A DNA stretch of 64,000 bases from Simkaniaceae bacterium (GCA_040880145.1 JBBDIZ010000024.1:1-64000), one strand, 5' to 3'; shown: positions 37,996-48,078, counted from the stretch's first letter. Numbers and translations are program-made. The notes: generated from the letters alone by a model not told the origin.

Positions 37996-38844
37996 TTAAG
38001 CATTTTTAATTCTTTCGAGAAAATCAGCTTTTTCTACAGAGTCTTGTGGTAAGAATTTAATAAGGTTAGAAGTCATATCCCATTTTTCTTCTATAATATA
38101 GAAGTCAATCAACTCAATCATAATATTTTCTTTTAAAAACTTGTCGTCTATTTTGTTTAAGAATGAACATATCACAATTAGTTTGTCAAAATATTTAATT
38201 TTATTAATAAACTTTATTGAATTTTTATTTACGATCTTTTGATCGGTAATATTAGATATCGCACAAAAAGCAGTGATATGAATATTTTCGAATTCTAATT
38301 TGGTTAAATTATTAAATTCTGAATCGTTAATTTTTATTACAATTCTATAGAAAAGGTTAGAGATGATTTTTTCTTTATAAATGTGATTGGAATTCATTAA
38401 TTTTTTTTTAATAGAATTTGCAATATTTAGGGCTGAAGAAAATTCTTTTTTTCTTAAAAAATTCGAGAATCTTGCCTCAAGTAAGCGAATATCTTGAATA
38501 GGCGCAGGGTTAGGGTCTTGAATAAGGACTGGGTTAGGGTCTTGAATAGGTGCAGGGTTAGGGTCTTGAACAGGCGCAGGGTTAGGGTCTTGAATAGGCG
38601 CAGGGTTAGGGTCTTGAATAGGCGCAGGGTTAGGATCGTGAATAGGGGCGGGATCTAGAGGACAACAAAATTTGAAAAAAACCTCCATTAGAAACATGAC
38701 GATAAGAAAAAGAGGAATAATGATGATAAGTAGGGGCGAGAGGAGGAAATAAACGAGGATGTGCACGGTCTTGAGAACGCATGATTCCTCATTAGGAATA
38801 AGAAAGTTAATTGTTTTAATAGTATAGGGTGCAATTGTTTCCAT
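37996..38844 (-). CDS. AT-rich orphan with N-terminal hydrophobic domain and Pro-rich tandem repeats (Inc-like candidate)
   Basis: Hydrophobic stretch of about 35 aa ending in FCC, six DPNPAPIQ-type repeats, then a helical domain. Confidence 0.7.
   Translation of the reverse strand: METIAPYTIKTINFLIPNEESCVLKTVHILVYFLLSPLLIIIIPLFLIVMFLMEVFFKFCCPLDPAPIHDPNPAPIQDPNPAPIQDPNPAPVQDPNPAPIQDPNPVLIQDPNPAPIQDIRLLEARFSNFLRKKEFSSALNIANSIKKKLMNSNHIYKEKIISNLFYRIVIKINDSEFNNLTKLEFENIHITAFCAISNITDQKIVNKNSIKFINKIKYFDKLIVICSFLNKIDDKFLKENIMIELIDFYIIEEKWDMTSNLIKFLPQDSVEKADFLERIKNA
38492..38655. repeat. 24-bp coding tandem repeat (six units plus a partial one)
   Basis: Unit TCTTGAATAGGCGCAGGGTTAGGG with few substitutions. 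Confidence 0.95.
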
Positions 38845-38966
38845 TGGATCTAATTATATCATGTACTTTAATAATTCTATATCAATAAAATAATGATTTG
38901 TCGTTTATAGGGGTTTTTTAAAAAAGGTAGCGAAAATATCGCTCTTTTCGGTAGTTTGGTGGCCGT

Positions 38967-39941
38967 ATGGTCAAATTAGAAAAACTTTTTTCAGAAAACC
39001 GTGAGAAGCTGAAGCTTACGTTAGTTACTGGGGCAAAAGGGCTTACAAAAAGGGTCAAGGTTCCTGAAATTTATCGACCCGGTTTGAGTCTTGCAGGGTA
39101 TTTGCATAGCTACTCTCCGAGGCGCATTTTGATCTTTGGCCGAGTGGAAACGGAGTATTTAAGGGAGCTTGATCTCATCACAAGGCAGAGCCGTTTGGAG
39201 GGGATTTTAGGCGATAAGGTTCCCGCTGTCATTGTCACAAGGCGGTTTAAGCCTCCTAAAGAGTTGATCCAGCTTTGCACGACTTTTGACATTCCTCTTT
39301 TTCGCTCTGCTTTACCCACTATGGCTCTTCAAAGTCAATTGACGGTGATTATGGCGGAGGAATTTTCTCCGTCGGTGTCATGTCATGGAACTCTTGTTGA
39401 AGCATTTGGGGTCGGTGTATTGATTCAGGGGGATTCGTCTGTCGGTAAAAGTGAGACGGCTCTTGGATTAATCGAAAGAGGGCATCGCTTGATTTCCGAT
39501 GATGTCGTAAAGGTTAAAAAGAAAGAGGGCTCTTATTTGGAAGGAACCGGACCTGAATTGACCCGCCATTTACTTGAAATTAGAGGGATTGGAATTATTA
39601 ATGTGGCTCATCTTTTTGGCGCGGTTTGCATCAGTGAAGAGAAGCGCATCGATATCATTGTCAAACTTGAAGAATGGGATGATGATCATTTTTATGATCG
39701 TGTCGGTTTGGAAGAAAAAAAAATCGATATTTTAGGACTAAAAGTTCCTTATCATTTGCTGCCTGTGAAGCCTGGACGTGATGTTGTTTTACTTCTAGAA
39801 ACGATTGTATTAAACTATCGTCTTAAGCAGATGGGATACAATTCTGCAAAAGAATTTAATATTAAACTTCTTGATGCTATTGCTAAAAGGCAGAAACGTA
39901 AACCGGCGCCTCTGCTTTTAAAGGCAATACACGAAACATGA
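38967..39941 (+). CDS. hprK: HPr kinase/phosphorylase
   Basis: RPGLSLAG, HGTLV, GDSSVGKSETALGLIERGHRLISDD, LEIRGIGII, PVKPGR. Confidence 0.96.
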   Translation: MVKLEKLFSENREKLKLTLVTGAKGLTKRVKVPEIYRPGLSLAGYLHSYSPRRILIFGRVETEYLRELDLITRQSRLEGILGDKVPAVIVTRRFKPPKELIQLCTTFDIPLFRSALPTMALQSQLTVIMAEEFSPSVSCHGTLVEAFGVGVLIQGDSSVGKSETALGLIERGHRLISDDVVKVKKKEGSYLEGTGPELTRHLLEIRGIGIINVAHLFGAVCISEEKRIDIIVKLEEWDDDHFYDRVGLEEKKIDILGLKVPYHLLPVKPGRDVVLLLETIVLNYRLKQMGYNSAKEFNIKLLDAIAKRQKRKPAPLLLKAIHET

Positions 39942-39964
39942 GATGAATATGTGCAAAAGTAGCT

Positions 39965-41632
39965 ATGGTTCAAACTGATCGGGAAATCGTTATTAAAGGG
40001 GTCCCTGTAAGTACAGGTATGACTATCGGTACACTCTTTTTCATCCCCCCAAATAGTTATGAACTTCCTATTTTTTCATTAAATTCAAGTCAGGTAGAAA
40101 ATGAAATTCAGCGCTTTCGATCCGCCATTGATCAAACCCGTAAAGATCTGCTCTCATTAAAAAATTATCTTATTTCTGAAGGGCACAGAGATGCTGCAAC
40201 CATTATTCAGTCGCACTTGCAACTTCTAAGCGACCCTTTTTTAACAACTTTTGTTGAAGAGCAGGTGCTAGAGAAATTACAAAATGTGGAGAGCATTTAT
40301 GATGCCGTGATTTCAAATTACGAGGGCATTTTTTCAAAAGTGAAGGATCATTTCTTTCGTGAGCGCTTTTTGGATGTAAAAGATCTCTCCTATCGCGTCC
40401 TCCGCCACTTGCTGCCAAAAGCCTCTCATCCTTTTTCAAAACTTCCCAAAAATGCAGTTATTTTTGCACAAGAGCTCGTCCCCTCTGATACGGCAGAGGC
40501 GTCTCATCATAGTGTCGCAGGGTTTGTTACATTGATGGGGGGACAAACTTCTCATGCTGCACTGATTGCAAGGGCAAAGGGAATCCCCTATATCTCCAGC
40601 GTCGATGTGACTCGCTTTAAGGAGTTTCATTTAGCCCAGGTTTTGCTCGATGCCACAGCGGGAGAGATTGTCATTTGTCCAAGTCAAAAAAGATGTCAAA
40701 CTTACCGATCGACTCTTTCGAATACGCTTCAGGCTAAAGCTCCAATTTCTTTTTCTCCACTCAAAACCCTGGATCATATCGAAGTGGATCTTTTAGCGAA
40801 TATCGAATCTGAATCGGATCTTCCCCTTGTAAAAAATAGCGGCACCAAAGGCGTTGGTCTTTTTAGGACGGAATTTCTGTTTCCCTTCCACGAAATTTAT
40901 CGGATCTCCCAAGATGATCAAGAGAGGGTTTATACTCAAATTGTTCAATCTTTAGATGGAATACCGGTCGTGTTTCGTCTCTTTGATATTGGTGGAGATA
41001 AGGGATTTGGTTTTATAAATAAAGAGCCCAACCCGGCTCTTGGCTGTCGAGGGATTCGATTTTTACTTAATCATCCCGATATTTTCTCTCGTCAGGTGCG
41101 TGCTTTATTGATAGCCTCAGAGTTTGGTCCTATTAAACTCTTAATTCCTATGGTCACTCATTTCGATGAGCTTCTTCGTGCAAAGTCTTTTATCTTAAGT
41201 GAAGCAAAAAAGATGAAACTAGAGGCTTCTGTTCCTGAAATTGGCGCGATGATTGAAGTTCCCTCAGCAGCTTTAATGAGTGATCGATTAGCTAAAGAGT
41301 CTGCGTTCTTCTCAATTGGAACAAACGATCTCATTCAATATACTTTAGCAACCGATCGGTTAAATCCTAAATTTTATGAAGAGGCTTCTGAGACGCTGAT
41401 TAGCGTTTTAAGGTTAATTGAAATCATCGTAAAAAATGCGCCTAATATCCCCATTTCTGTCTGCGGAGAGTTAGCGTCTGATCTCAAGTATACCGAAATT
41501 TTGCTTGGTCTAGGAATACGGCAGTTTTCTTGCGCGCCTCCTTTTATTATGAGAATAAGAGAAAAAATTTTGACGCTCTCTTTTGAGAAGGCAGAGGCTC
41601 TTTCAAAAGAGAGGCTGAAAAGAGAAGTTTAG
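39965..41632 (+). CDS. ptsI: PEP-protein phosphotransferase (PTS enzyme I)
   Basis: GGQTSHAALIAR phospho-His motif, GVGLFRTEF, DIGGDK, NPALGCRGIR, SIGTNDL, VCGE. Confidence 0.95.
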   Translation: MVQTDREIVIKGVPVSTGMTIGTLFFIPPNSYELPIFSLNSSQVENEIQRFRSAIDQTRKDLLSLKNYLISEGHRDAATIIQSHLQLLSDPFLTTFVEEQVLEKLQNVESIYDAVISNYEGIFSKVKDHFFRERFLDVKDLSYRVLRHLLPKASHPFSKLPKNAVIFAQELVPSDTAEASHHSVAGFVTLMGGQTSHAALIARAKGIPYISSVDVTRFKEFHLAQVLLDATAGEIVICPSQKRCQTYRSTLSNTLQAKAPISFSPLKTLDHIEVDLLANIESESDLPLVKNSGTKGVGLFRTEFLFPFHEIYRISQDDQERVYTQIVQSLDGIPVVFRLFDIGGDKGFGFINKEPNPALGCRGIRFLLNHPDIFSRQVRALLIASEFGPIKLLIPMVTHFDELLRAKSFILSEAKKMKLEASVPEIGAMIEVPSAALMSDRLAKESAFFSIGTNDLIQYTLATDRLNPKFYEEASETLISVLRLIEIIVKNAPNIPISVCGELASDLKYTEILLGLGIRQFSCAPPFIMRIREKILTLSFEKAEALSKERLKREV

Positions 41633-41910
41633 AAAGGAAGGTTTATTCCGTCTGATTCTTTATCTATCTTCTTATAAACTGTCTCAAGGGCATTTAAAAT
41701 TAGATCTTCAAGTCCCTCAGCATCGGTGAGAGTTTCGGGATCGATCTTTATTTTTTTGAGCTCTTTTTCTCCATTCAGGGTCACTTTAATAAGCCCCCCG
41801 GCACTTTCGCCTTCGAAAATTTTCTTTTGCAGCTCTTCTTGCATCTTTGACATTTGCTCTTCAAAAAGCTTGGCTTGCTTCTTCATTTTGGCAAAACCAC
41901 TTCCCATCAT
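41629..41910 (-). CDS. ybaB: YbaB/EbfC nucleoid-associated protein
   Basis: GESAGGLIKVTLNG...IKIDP...LEDLI; downstream of dnaX. Confidence 0.9.
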   Translation of the reverse strand: MMGSGFAKMKKQAKLFEEQMSKMQEELQKKIFEGESAGGLIKVTLNGEKELKKIKIDPETLTDAEGLEDLILNALETVYKKIDKESDGINLPF

Positions 41911-41974
41911 TGGCTCCTTATTCTTTTTTTACATGAACAGTCTAGCACAAACAGATTTTAGAAAGGATTGCTAA

Positions 41975-43345
41975 TTACTCTTTGAATTCTTTGTGAACGC
42001 TTCCATTGAGCTCGACCCCTGCAAAACGCAGGAGGGTTTCGTAGCGAAGCGCCTTATTAGAAGGGGGGGTGGGATCTGAACTATTTTGTTGAATTTCGGG
42101 CTTAGGCGGTAAGCTCTTGACAGAGGGGGCAGGAGTAGGAGCAGGCTTAGGCGGCAAGCTTTTGACAGCGGGGGCGGGGGCTTCTTTCAGCTGCATTTCT
42201 AAAGCGGTAAGGCGGGAAAAGAGAGATTCAATCGATATGCGGTTCTTGCTCCTTATGAGGTGGAGTAAGATGATCTCTAGCTCATAGCGCTTTAAAGATC
42301 GTTTCTGTTGTTTTGTGCTCCATTCAATGAGATAGTCGAGGATATAAAGAAGGTGCTCTTCAGCGTAGCCTTCATTGAGCTCTCTGTAAGTTTTAAGCTC
42401 AATGGGCGAGAGCATAGGGACCTCACCGCCAAGTTTAATGGAAAGGTGCAGTCGAAAATGTTCGGAAATTGAGCGGATAAAGTGGTTGAGATCGATACCG
42501 CTTTGATAGAGTGAATCGGAGAGTTCAAATGCTTTTTTTAAGTGATGCTCCAGGATCGCTTTGTCAAGTGCAAAAAAAGGCTCTTTTGAAGGAAGGCCAA
42601 TGAGCTTAATTACGAGCTCTTCAGTAATGGGGCCTTCGCAGCTCATAAGCATTTGATCGAGTAAAGACTCGGCATCGCGAAGAGAGCCTTCGCTTAAGCT
42701 CGCAATAAGAGCTAAGGCAGCCTCATCAACAGAAGCATCCATTTCATTGAGTATGGTTTTTAAAGTTTGAATAATGAGACGCTCTGGAATTCTTTTTAAA
42801 TCAAATCTTTGGGTGCGGCTTAATATGGTAGGAAGGATTTTATGCGGCTCTGTAGTTGCAAAGAAAAATTTCACTTTTTCAGGAGGCTCCTCAAGCGTTT
42901 TGAGAAGAGCGTTAAAGGCCTCTTTTGTCAACATGTGAACTTCGTCGATAATGTAAATTTTAAAGCGGCCATTTGATGGAGTGTAACTGACGCTTTCATT
43001 GATCTGGCGAATGTCATCGATTCCGCGGTTTGAGGCGCCATCGATCTCGATCACATCCAAGGAGCGTCCTTCTTTGATCTCTCTACAGGATGTGCAACGG
43101 TTGCAGGGTTCTTTTTTACCCTCATTTTCCTGGCAATTCAGCGCTTTTGCAAGAAGGCGGGCGAGTGTGGTTTTTCCTGTGCCTCTAAGGCCTGAAAACA
43201 GGTAAGCATGACAAACACGCTCTAATTTTAAAGCCTGCATGAGCGTTTGGGTAATCGGCTCTTGGCCGACAACTTCAGAAAAACGTTGGGGGCGCCACTT
43301 GCGCGCAATGACTTCATAAGATTTCATATTTTTCCCATTGTACAA
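41975..43345 (-). CDS. dnaX: DNA polymerase III subunit gamma/tau
   Basis: ARKWRPQRF, GLRGTGKTT, EIDGASNRG, IIDEVHML, NALLKTLEEPP; real start may be 43327. Confidence 0.97.
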   Translation of the reverse strand: MYNGKNMKSYEVIARKWRPQRFSEVVGQEPITQTLMQALKLERVCHAYLFSGLRGTGKTTLARLLAKALNCQENEGKKEPCNRCTSCREIKEGRSLDVIEIDGASNRGIDDIRQINESVSYTPSNGRFKIYIIDEVHMLTKEAFNALLKTLEEPPEKVKFFFATTEPHKILPTILSRTQRFDLKRIPERLIIQTLKTILNEMDASVDEAALALIASLSEGSLRDAESLLDQMLMSCEGPITEELVIKLIGLPSKEPFFALDKAILEHHLKKAFELSDSLYQSGIDLNHFIRSISEHFRLHLSIKLGGEVPMLSPIELKTYRELNEGYAEEHLLYILDYLIEWSTKQQKRSLKRYELEIILLHLIRSKNRISIESLFSRLTALEMQLKEAPAPAVKSLPPKPAPTPAPSVKSLPPKPEIQQNSSDPTPPSNKALRYETLLRFAGVELNGSVHKEFKE

Positions 43346-43444
43346 AATAAGGACAATTATGAGCTAGATTATAGCTCAGTTTGCGGGGAATCCAGAAAGG
43401 GAGTAAAATGGGCTTATTGACGATAACGAAGAGATAAAACAAAT

Positions 43445-45571
43445 ATGACAGAGGGTGAAAAAGAACCCCCAAAGCCCTCGAAATTAAAAGCTTGGATGAG
43501 CGAAAAAGAACGTGGCAAGAGGCTTTTTATCGCCTTTTTACTGCTTCTTTCTCTTGCTCTCTTTCTTCATTTTCGTGAGGTCAGGGTGGAAACGCTCGAT
43601 CCGGATACGGCAGCTCAACGCTATGTGGTAGCGCAAGTTGACTTTGAATTTCCTGATGAAGAGTCCTCTACGATGATCAGAAGACAAGCTTCAAGCGCGA
43701 TTGGACCCATTTATCGACTCGATACGGAAACGGTCCAGAGTTATCGGCTCAATTTTGAAAAAGAGATCGTTTCGGATCCATCTTGGAGAGCCATTATTGA
43801 AGGCGATGGCTTTGATGTCATTTATAACGCTTCTGAAAAGGTGGAAGAAATCCTTTTGGAGAGTCAGTTCACGGATCCAAGAACACTGCAGAAAATTAAA
43901 GAGCTTTCGATTTCTACAAGAAATTTTCAGCCCTTGGTCGAAATTCAAACGGAAGAAGCCGTTGTTTTACCGCGAGAATATTGGCAACGAATTCTTCAAG
44001 ATCTTCCAAAATCGAACAACAATTTAGGAAAAGCTATTCAAAGTGCTGTTGCCTATTTTTCGAAACATGACTACCAACTTGTCCGCGATACCTATACCCA
44101 AGAGGCGATAAAGGAAGTCATCGAAGCGAAAATCCCCCCTAAATATTCTAAAGTCAAGGCAGGCTCGCCCATTATCAATCAGGGGCAAAAAGTGACCCCC
44201 CGCCATTTAGCCATGCTTCAAGGAATGAAGCAGGCACTTGCCGAGAAGCAATCCCTTTGGCGGCCAACACCCATTATTGGAAGTCTGATCTTTGCCCTTA
44301 TTATTCTCTCGCTCGGGGCCTTTTATTTTGCGGCAAATCAACCGGAATTTTTTCGCTCAACAAAAAATTTATCTCTATTTGCAACAATCGTCATTCTTAC
44401 ACTTATCATTGCAAAAGTGACCGAATACTTTATGATCCACAACGTCAATCACTTAATTGATGACGTTCGTTATCCTCTTTTTGTTCCCTTTGCGGCCATC
44501 CTCCTTGCCGTCTTAATCAATAGTGAAATCGCTTTTTTCACTTCTGTTTTTTTAAGTGTGATTATTGGGATCAGTTTAGCATTCGAACATAATCGTATGC
44601 TTGTATTGAATTTAATCACCGGTATTGTAGCGATTGTTACGACCCGAAACTTAAGCAAGAGAAAGGAGGTTTTTGCAGTCTCTGCAAAGGTTTGGCTTGT
44701 CTCTATACCGATTTTAATTGGATACAATTTCATTGAAAATCTCTTTTTCAATGTCACAACATTTACAGATATTTCAAGCTCGCTGATTTTTATGGTGATA
44801 ACGGCGATATTAATTGTTGGGGTTTTGCCTATTTTAGAGTCCATATTCCATGTGATGACCGATATCACCCTCATGGAGTACATGGATCCAAATAATGAGC
44901 TTCTAAGAAGATTGAGCATTGAAGCGCCCGGAACCTATCAGCACAGCCTGGTAGTCGGTTCGCTTTCCGAGGCTGCGGCGCAAGCGATTGGAGCTAACGG
45001 TCTTTTCTGCCGCGTTTCAACGCTCTATCACGATATCGGAAAACTCATGAATCCTCACTATTTCACAGAGAATCAAATGGGAGGATTTAATATTCATCAA
45101 CTCCTAACTCCACAAGAGTCTACTCAGGTGATTATCGCTCACGTCCCAGAGGGTGTTGCCTTAGCAAAAAAACATGGATTGCCCGAGGGCATTATCGATG
45201 TGATCAAGCAGCATCATGGAACCACTCTTGTCTATTACTTTTACTGCAAGATGGTGGAGCAGATGGGAGGGGATACCGATGCTGTTGAAGAAGCAAAATT
45301 CCGCTACCCCGGACCCAAACCTCGATCGAAAGAATCTGCCATTATCATGATAGCCGATACCGTTGAAGCCGCTTCACGCTCAGTTGAAGATCCTTCTGAA
45401 GATTCTTTGAATGAAATGGTAGAAAGGCTTGTTTCAGATAAGGCTGATGAAGGTCAATTTGATGAGTGTCAGTTGACTTTTGAAGAACTTGGAATCGTGA
45501 AGAAGACCATTGTGAGAACTTTAGCGGTTACTCGGCATTTGCGCGTGAAGTATCCAGAACGAAAACGATAG
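43445..45571 (+). CDS. 7TM-HD (HDIG) membrane phosphohydrolase, PgpH/YqfF-like
   Basis: Extracytoplasmic domain, multiple TM helices, then EAPGTYQHS, YHDIGK, FTENQ, QHHGT, FRYPGPKP, ADTVEAASRS. Confidence 0.9.
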   Translation: MTEGEKEPPKPSKLKAWMSEKERGKRLFIAFLLLLSLALFLHFREVRVETLDPDTAAQRYVVAQVDFEFPDEESSTMIRRQASSAIGPIYRLDTETVQSYRLNFEKEIVSDPSWRAIIEGDGFDVIYNASEKVEEILLESQFTDPRTLQKIKELSISTRNFQPLVEIQTEEAVVLPREYWQRILQDLPKSNNNLGKAIQSAVAYFSKHDYQLVRDTYTQEAIKEVIEAKIPPKYSKVKAGSPIINQGQKVTPRHLAMLQGMKQALAEKQSLWRPTPIIGSLIFALIILSLGAFYFAANQPEFFRSTKNLSLFATIVILTLIIAKVTEYFMIHNVNHLIDDVRYPLFVPFAAILLAVLINSEIAFFTSVFLSVIIGISLAFEHNRMLVLNLITGIVAIVTTRNLSKRKEVFAVSAKVWLVSIPILIGYNFIENLFFNVTTFTDISSSLIFMVITAILIVGVLPILESIFHVMTDITLMEYMDPNNELLRRLSIEAPGTYQHSLVVGSLSEAAAQAIGANGLFCRVSTLYHDIGKLMNPHYFTENQMGGFNIHQLLTPQESTQVIIAHVPEGVALAKKHGLPEGIIDVIKQHHGTTLVYYFYCKMVEQMGGDTDAVEEAKFRYPGPKPRSKESAIIMIADTVEAASRSVEDPSEDSLNEMVERLVSDKADEGQFDECQLTFEELGIVKKTIVRTLAVTRHLRVKYPERKR

Positions 45572-45575
45572 AAGT

Positions 45576-46379
45576 CTAATATTTTTTGTCCGGATATCGG
45601 TCGCAAATCGATTTTTTTAAGATTTTTTCAATGATTATATCAGGGATCAGCCAACGCGAAAGAAAGAGAGCAAATCGGTAGCGCCAGTCAAAAATATAGA
45701 GGCGTTTTTCTTTTTGAATTTGTTTTAAAATCAATTTCGAGGCTTTAGAGGGAGAAAGCGCTTGCTTAGTCGGGTGCTGGGGGTAGTTTTTGGCAGCTTT
45801 TAATCGAAAGGCTGTTTCAATCTGTCCCGGGCATGCGGTTAAAATACGAATTCCAAACGGAGCCATCTCTTTGTCAAATCCAAGTGAAAAATTTGTGACA
45901 AAGGCTTTTGAGGCGCTATAGACACAAAAAGTGGGGTAGGAAAAAAAACTTGCGGCAGAAGAGATATTGAGGATCACTCCTTTTTTTTGTTTGTTTTTCA
46001 TAAACCGCGCTGCAGAAAGAGTTAATTCAAGAGTTGCTCTCGCATTGATATCTAAAATAGAGAGCTGCTCTTTAGTGCTGTGCATCAACGCCGGACCATA
46101 GAGACCGATCCCTGCATTGTTGATTAAGAGATCAATATCCTGCTCATTCATGAGTGCCGTGAGTTCTTGACAGGTCTTAGGCTCTTTTAAATCTCCGAGG
46201 TGGGTAATCACTTCTGTTTTTTTTCGCAATATTTGAGCGATTTCATAGAGCTGGGATTGATCTTTTGCGGTTAAGATCAGTTTTGTATTAAAGTTTGCAA
46301 GCCGCTCTCCAACGTGAAGGGCAATCTCTGATGTGGCGCCCGTAATGAGGGCTGTTTTGATTTTTTCACAATTCATCAA
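45576..46379 (-). CDS. Short-chain dehydrogenase/reductase
   Basis: ALITGATSEIA, NNAG and catalytic YSASK. Confidence 0.9.
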   Translation of the reverse strand: MMNCEKIKTALITGATSEIALHVGERLANFNTKLILTAKDQSQLYEIAQILRKKTEVITHLGDLKEPKTCQELTALMNEQDIDLLINNAGIGLYGPALMHSTKEQLSILDINARATLELTLSAARFMKNKQKKGVILNISSAASFFSYPTFCVYSASKAFVTNFSLGFDKEMAPFGIRILTACPGQIETAFRLKAAKNYPQHPTKQALSPSKASKLILKQIQKEKRLYIFDWRYRFALFLSRWLIPDIIIEKILKKSICDRYPDKKY

Positions 46380-48078
46380 TTAACTTTTTAACTTTTTTTT
46401 CTAGATCCAAATCAGCTTCTTCAATGGCTTTTTGGATTGGCTTAGTGATCTCTTTTTGAGTTTGTGCATAAATTTTGAGTTTGGGTTCTGTGCCGGAGGG
46501 TCTGAAAATAAAACGATTATGGTCTTTTAAATGGAAGGCAATGACATCTGACTTTGGTAAAGGAAGAGGCTCCTTTGTTCCTTCTTTTAAATTAAGGCGC
46601 TCTTGATTCAGGTAGTCATCAATCGAGGCAACCTCCACTCCAGAGAGCTTGCTTGGAGGATGGTTTCTTAGCTGCATCATCTTTTCGCTCATCTTCTTTT
46701 TACCTTCGACTCCCTCGAAGTTTTTTGAGAGCATGACATTTCGATAGAGACCATACTTTTCATAAATGAGATGGAGAAGATCGATAAGCGTTAAGCCTTC
46801 TTTTTTGAGTTGCAAAGCGATTTCAGCGAGAAGGAGGTTGGCTGAGACTCCATCTTTATCGCGTGCGTAAGGCCCAAGTAGATAACCTTGAGACTCTTCC
46901 GCTCCAAAAAGAAATTTATACTTCTGATTACCCTCTTCCCATTCATGTATCTTTTCCCCGATATATTTAAAGCCCGTGAGGACTTCAAAACATTTTTGAT
47001 GAAAAGCTTCACTGATGATCTTAAGCAGCGATGTTGTGACTATGGTTGTACAGACCGCACCCTTTTTAGGGAGGCTTTTGTTGATTTCATGGGAGTTTAA
47101 AATGTGATAGAGAAGAATGAGGGCCATTTCATTCCCATTTAATTGTCTTGGCACGCTTTTGTGGAAGACGACGCAGCCAATGCGATCTGCATCAGGGTCA
47201 TTAGAGAGGAATAGGTCCGCTTCTTCTTTAATCATTTGTTCAATGCCGAGTTGTAGAGCGTTTCTCTCTTCAGGATTTGGAAAAGGGGCGTTGGGGAAAT
47301 TCCCGTCGGGGGTTGATTGCTGCTTCACTAGTGAGAGGGTTGTAAACCCGGCTTCTTTAAGGGCTAAAGGGGTCAGGGTAATTCCTGCGCCATGAAGAGG
47401 GGAGTAGATAATTTTTAATTCATGGCCGGTACGTCGATTTTCATCGCGATAGAATTGATAAGGCAAGATTGCTTCGATAAAAGTTTTGTCAAAAGAGGCG
47501 TCTACCCATTCAAATTCATCTTTAAGAGCGATTGCAAAAGGATCGGTAATTTTTTTGACCTCATCCACAATCCCCAGGTCGTGAGGGGAAACGACTTGTG
47601 CTCCATCAGCCCAATAGACCTTATAGCCATTATATTCGGGAGGATTGTGAGAGGCTGTAATCATGATGCCGGCAGAGCAGCCATACTGCCTAACCCCAAA
47701 GGAGACGATGGGAGTGGGACGAAGCTCCTTTGTGACATAGGCTTTCACTCCATCTGCCGCTAAAACTTGCGCCGCCTCAATGGCAAACTCCCGCGAGTGG
47801 TGGCGATTATCGTAGCTAATAAAAACTTTTGGATTTTTAAAAAATCGCTTTAGATAAAGAGAGAGACCCTTTGTTGCCATCCGAATGGTGTATCGATTCA
47901 GACGTCCAAAGCCGACCCCCATTTTCTCTCGGACGCCGCCAGTACCAAAGCTTAGGGGTTCTGAAAAAGCCGATTGGAGCTCTGATGGATCTTCTTTTTG
48001 AAGGCGTAGAATTTCATCACGCATTGACTGCTCAATTGGACCTTGAAGCCAGCTCTCAACATTTTTTGAAAAAGACAT
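46366..48078 (-). CDS. Phosphoglucomutase/phosphomannomutase
   Basis: FGTGG, ITASHNP, DPDADR, GAEES, RPSGTEPKLK. Confidence 0.94.
   Translation of the reverse strand: MSFSKNVESWLQGPIEQSMRDEILRLQKEDPSELQSAFSEPLSFGTGGVREKMGVGFGRLNRYTIRMATKGLSLYLKRFFKNPKVFISYDNRHHSREFAIEAAQVLAADGVKAYVTKELRPTPIVSFGVRQYGCSAGIMITASHNPPEYNGYKVYWADGAQVVSPHDLGIVDEVKKITDPFAIALKDEFEWVDASFDKTFIEAILPYQFYRDENRRTGHELKIIYSPLHGAGITLTPLALKEAGFTTLSLVKQQSTPDGNFPNAPFPNPEERNALQLGIEQMIKEEADLFLSNDPDADRIGCVVFHKSVPRQLNGNEMALILLYHILNSHEINKSLPKKGAVCTTIVTTSLLKIISEAFHQKCFEVLTGFKYIGEKIHEWEEGNQKYKFLFGAEESQGYLLGPYARDKDGVSANLLLAEIALQLKKEGLTLIDLLHLIYEKYGLYRNVMLSKNFEGVEGKKKMSEKMMQLRNHPPSKLSGVEVASIDDYLNQERLNLKEGTKEPLPLPKSDVIAFHLKDHNRFIFRPSGTEPKLKIYAQTQKEITKPIQKAIEEADLDLEKKVKKLIDEL

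Noticed and set aside
38492..38655. CRISPR-like or telomere-like (GGGTTAGGG) repeat
   Set aside because: Units are contiguous with no unique spacers and no cas genes; TTAGGG arises from Pro-Asn-Pro codons of the minus-strand ORF.
43346..43444. Possible SRP RNA or tRNA upstream of dnaX (TAGCTCAG, GAGCTA..TAGCTC palindrome)
   Set aside because: No T-arm (GTTCRA), no acceptor stem and no SRP helix-8 motif; probably just divergent promoter DNA.
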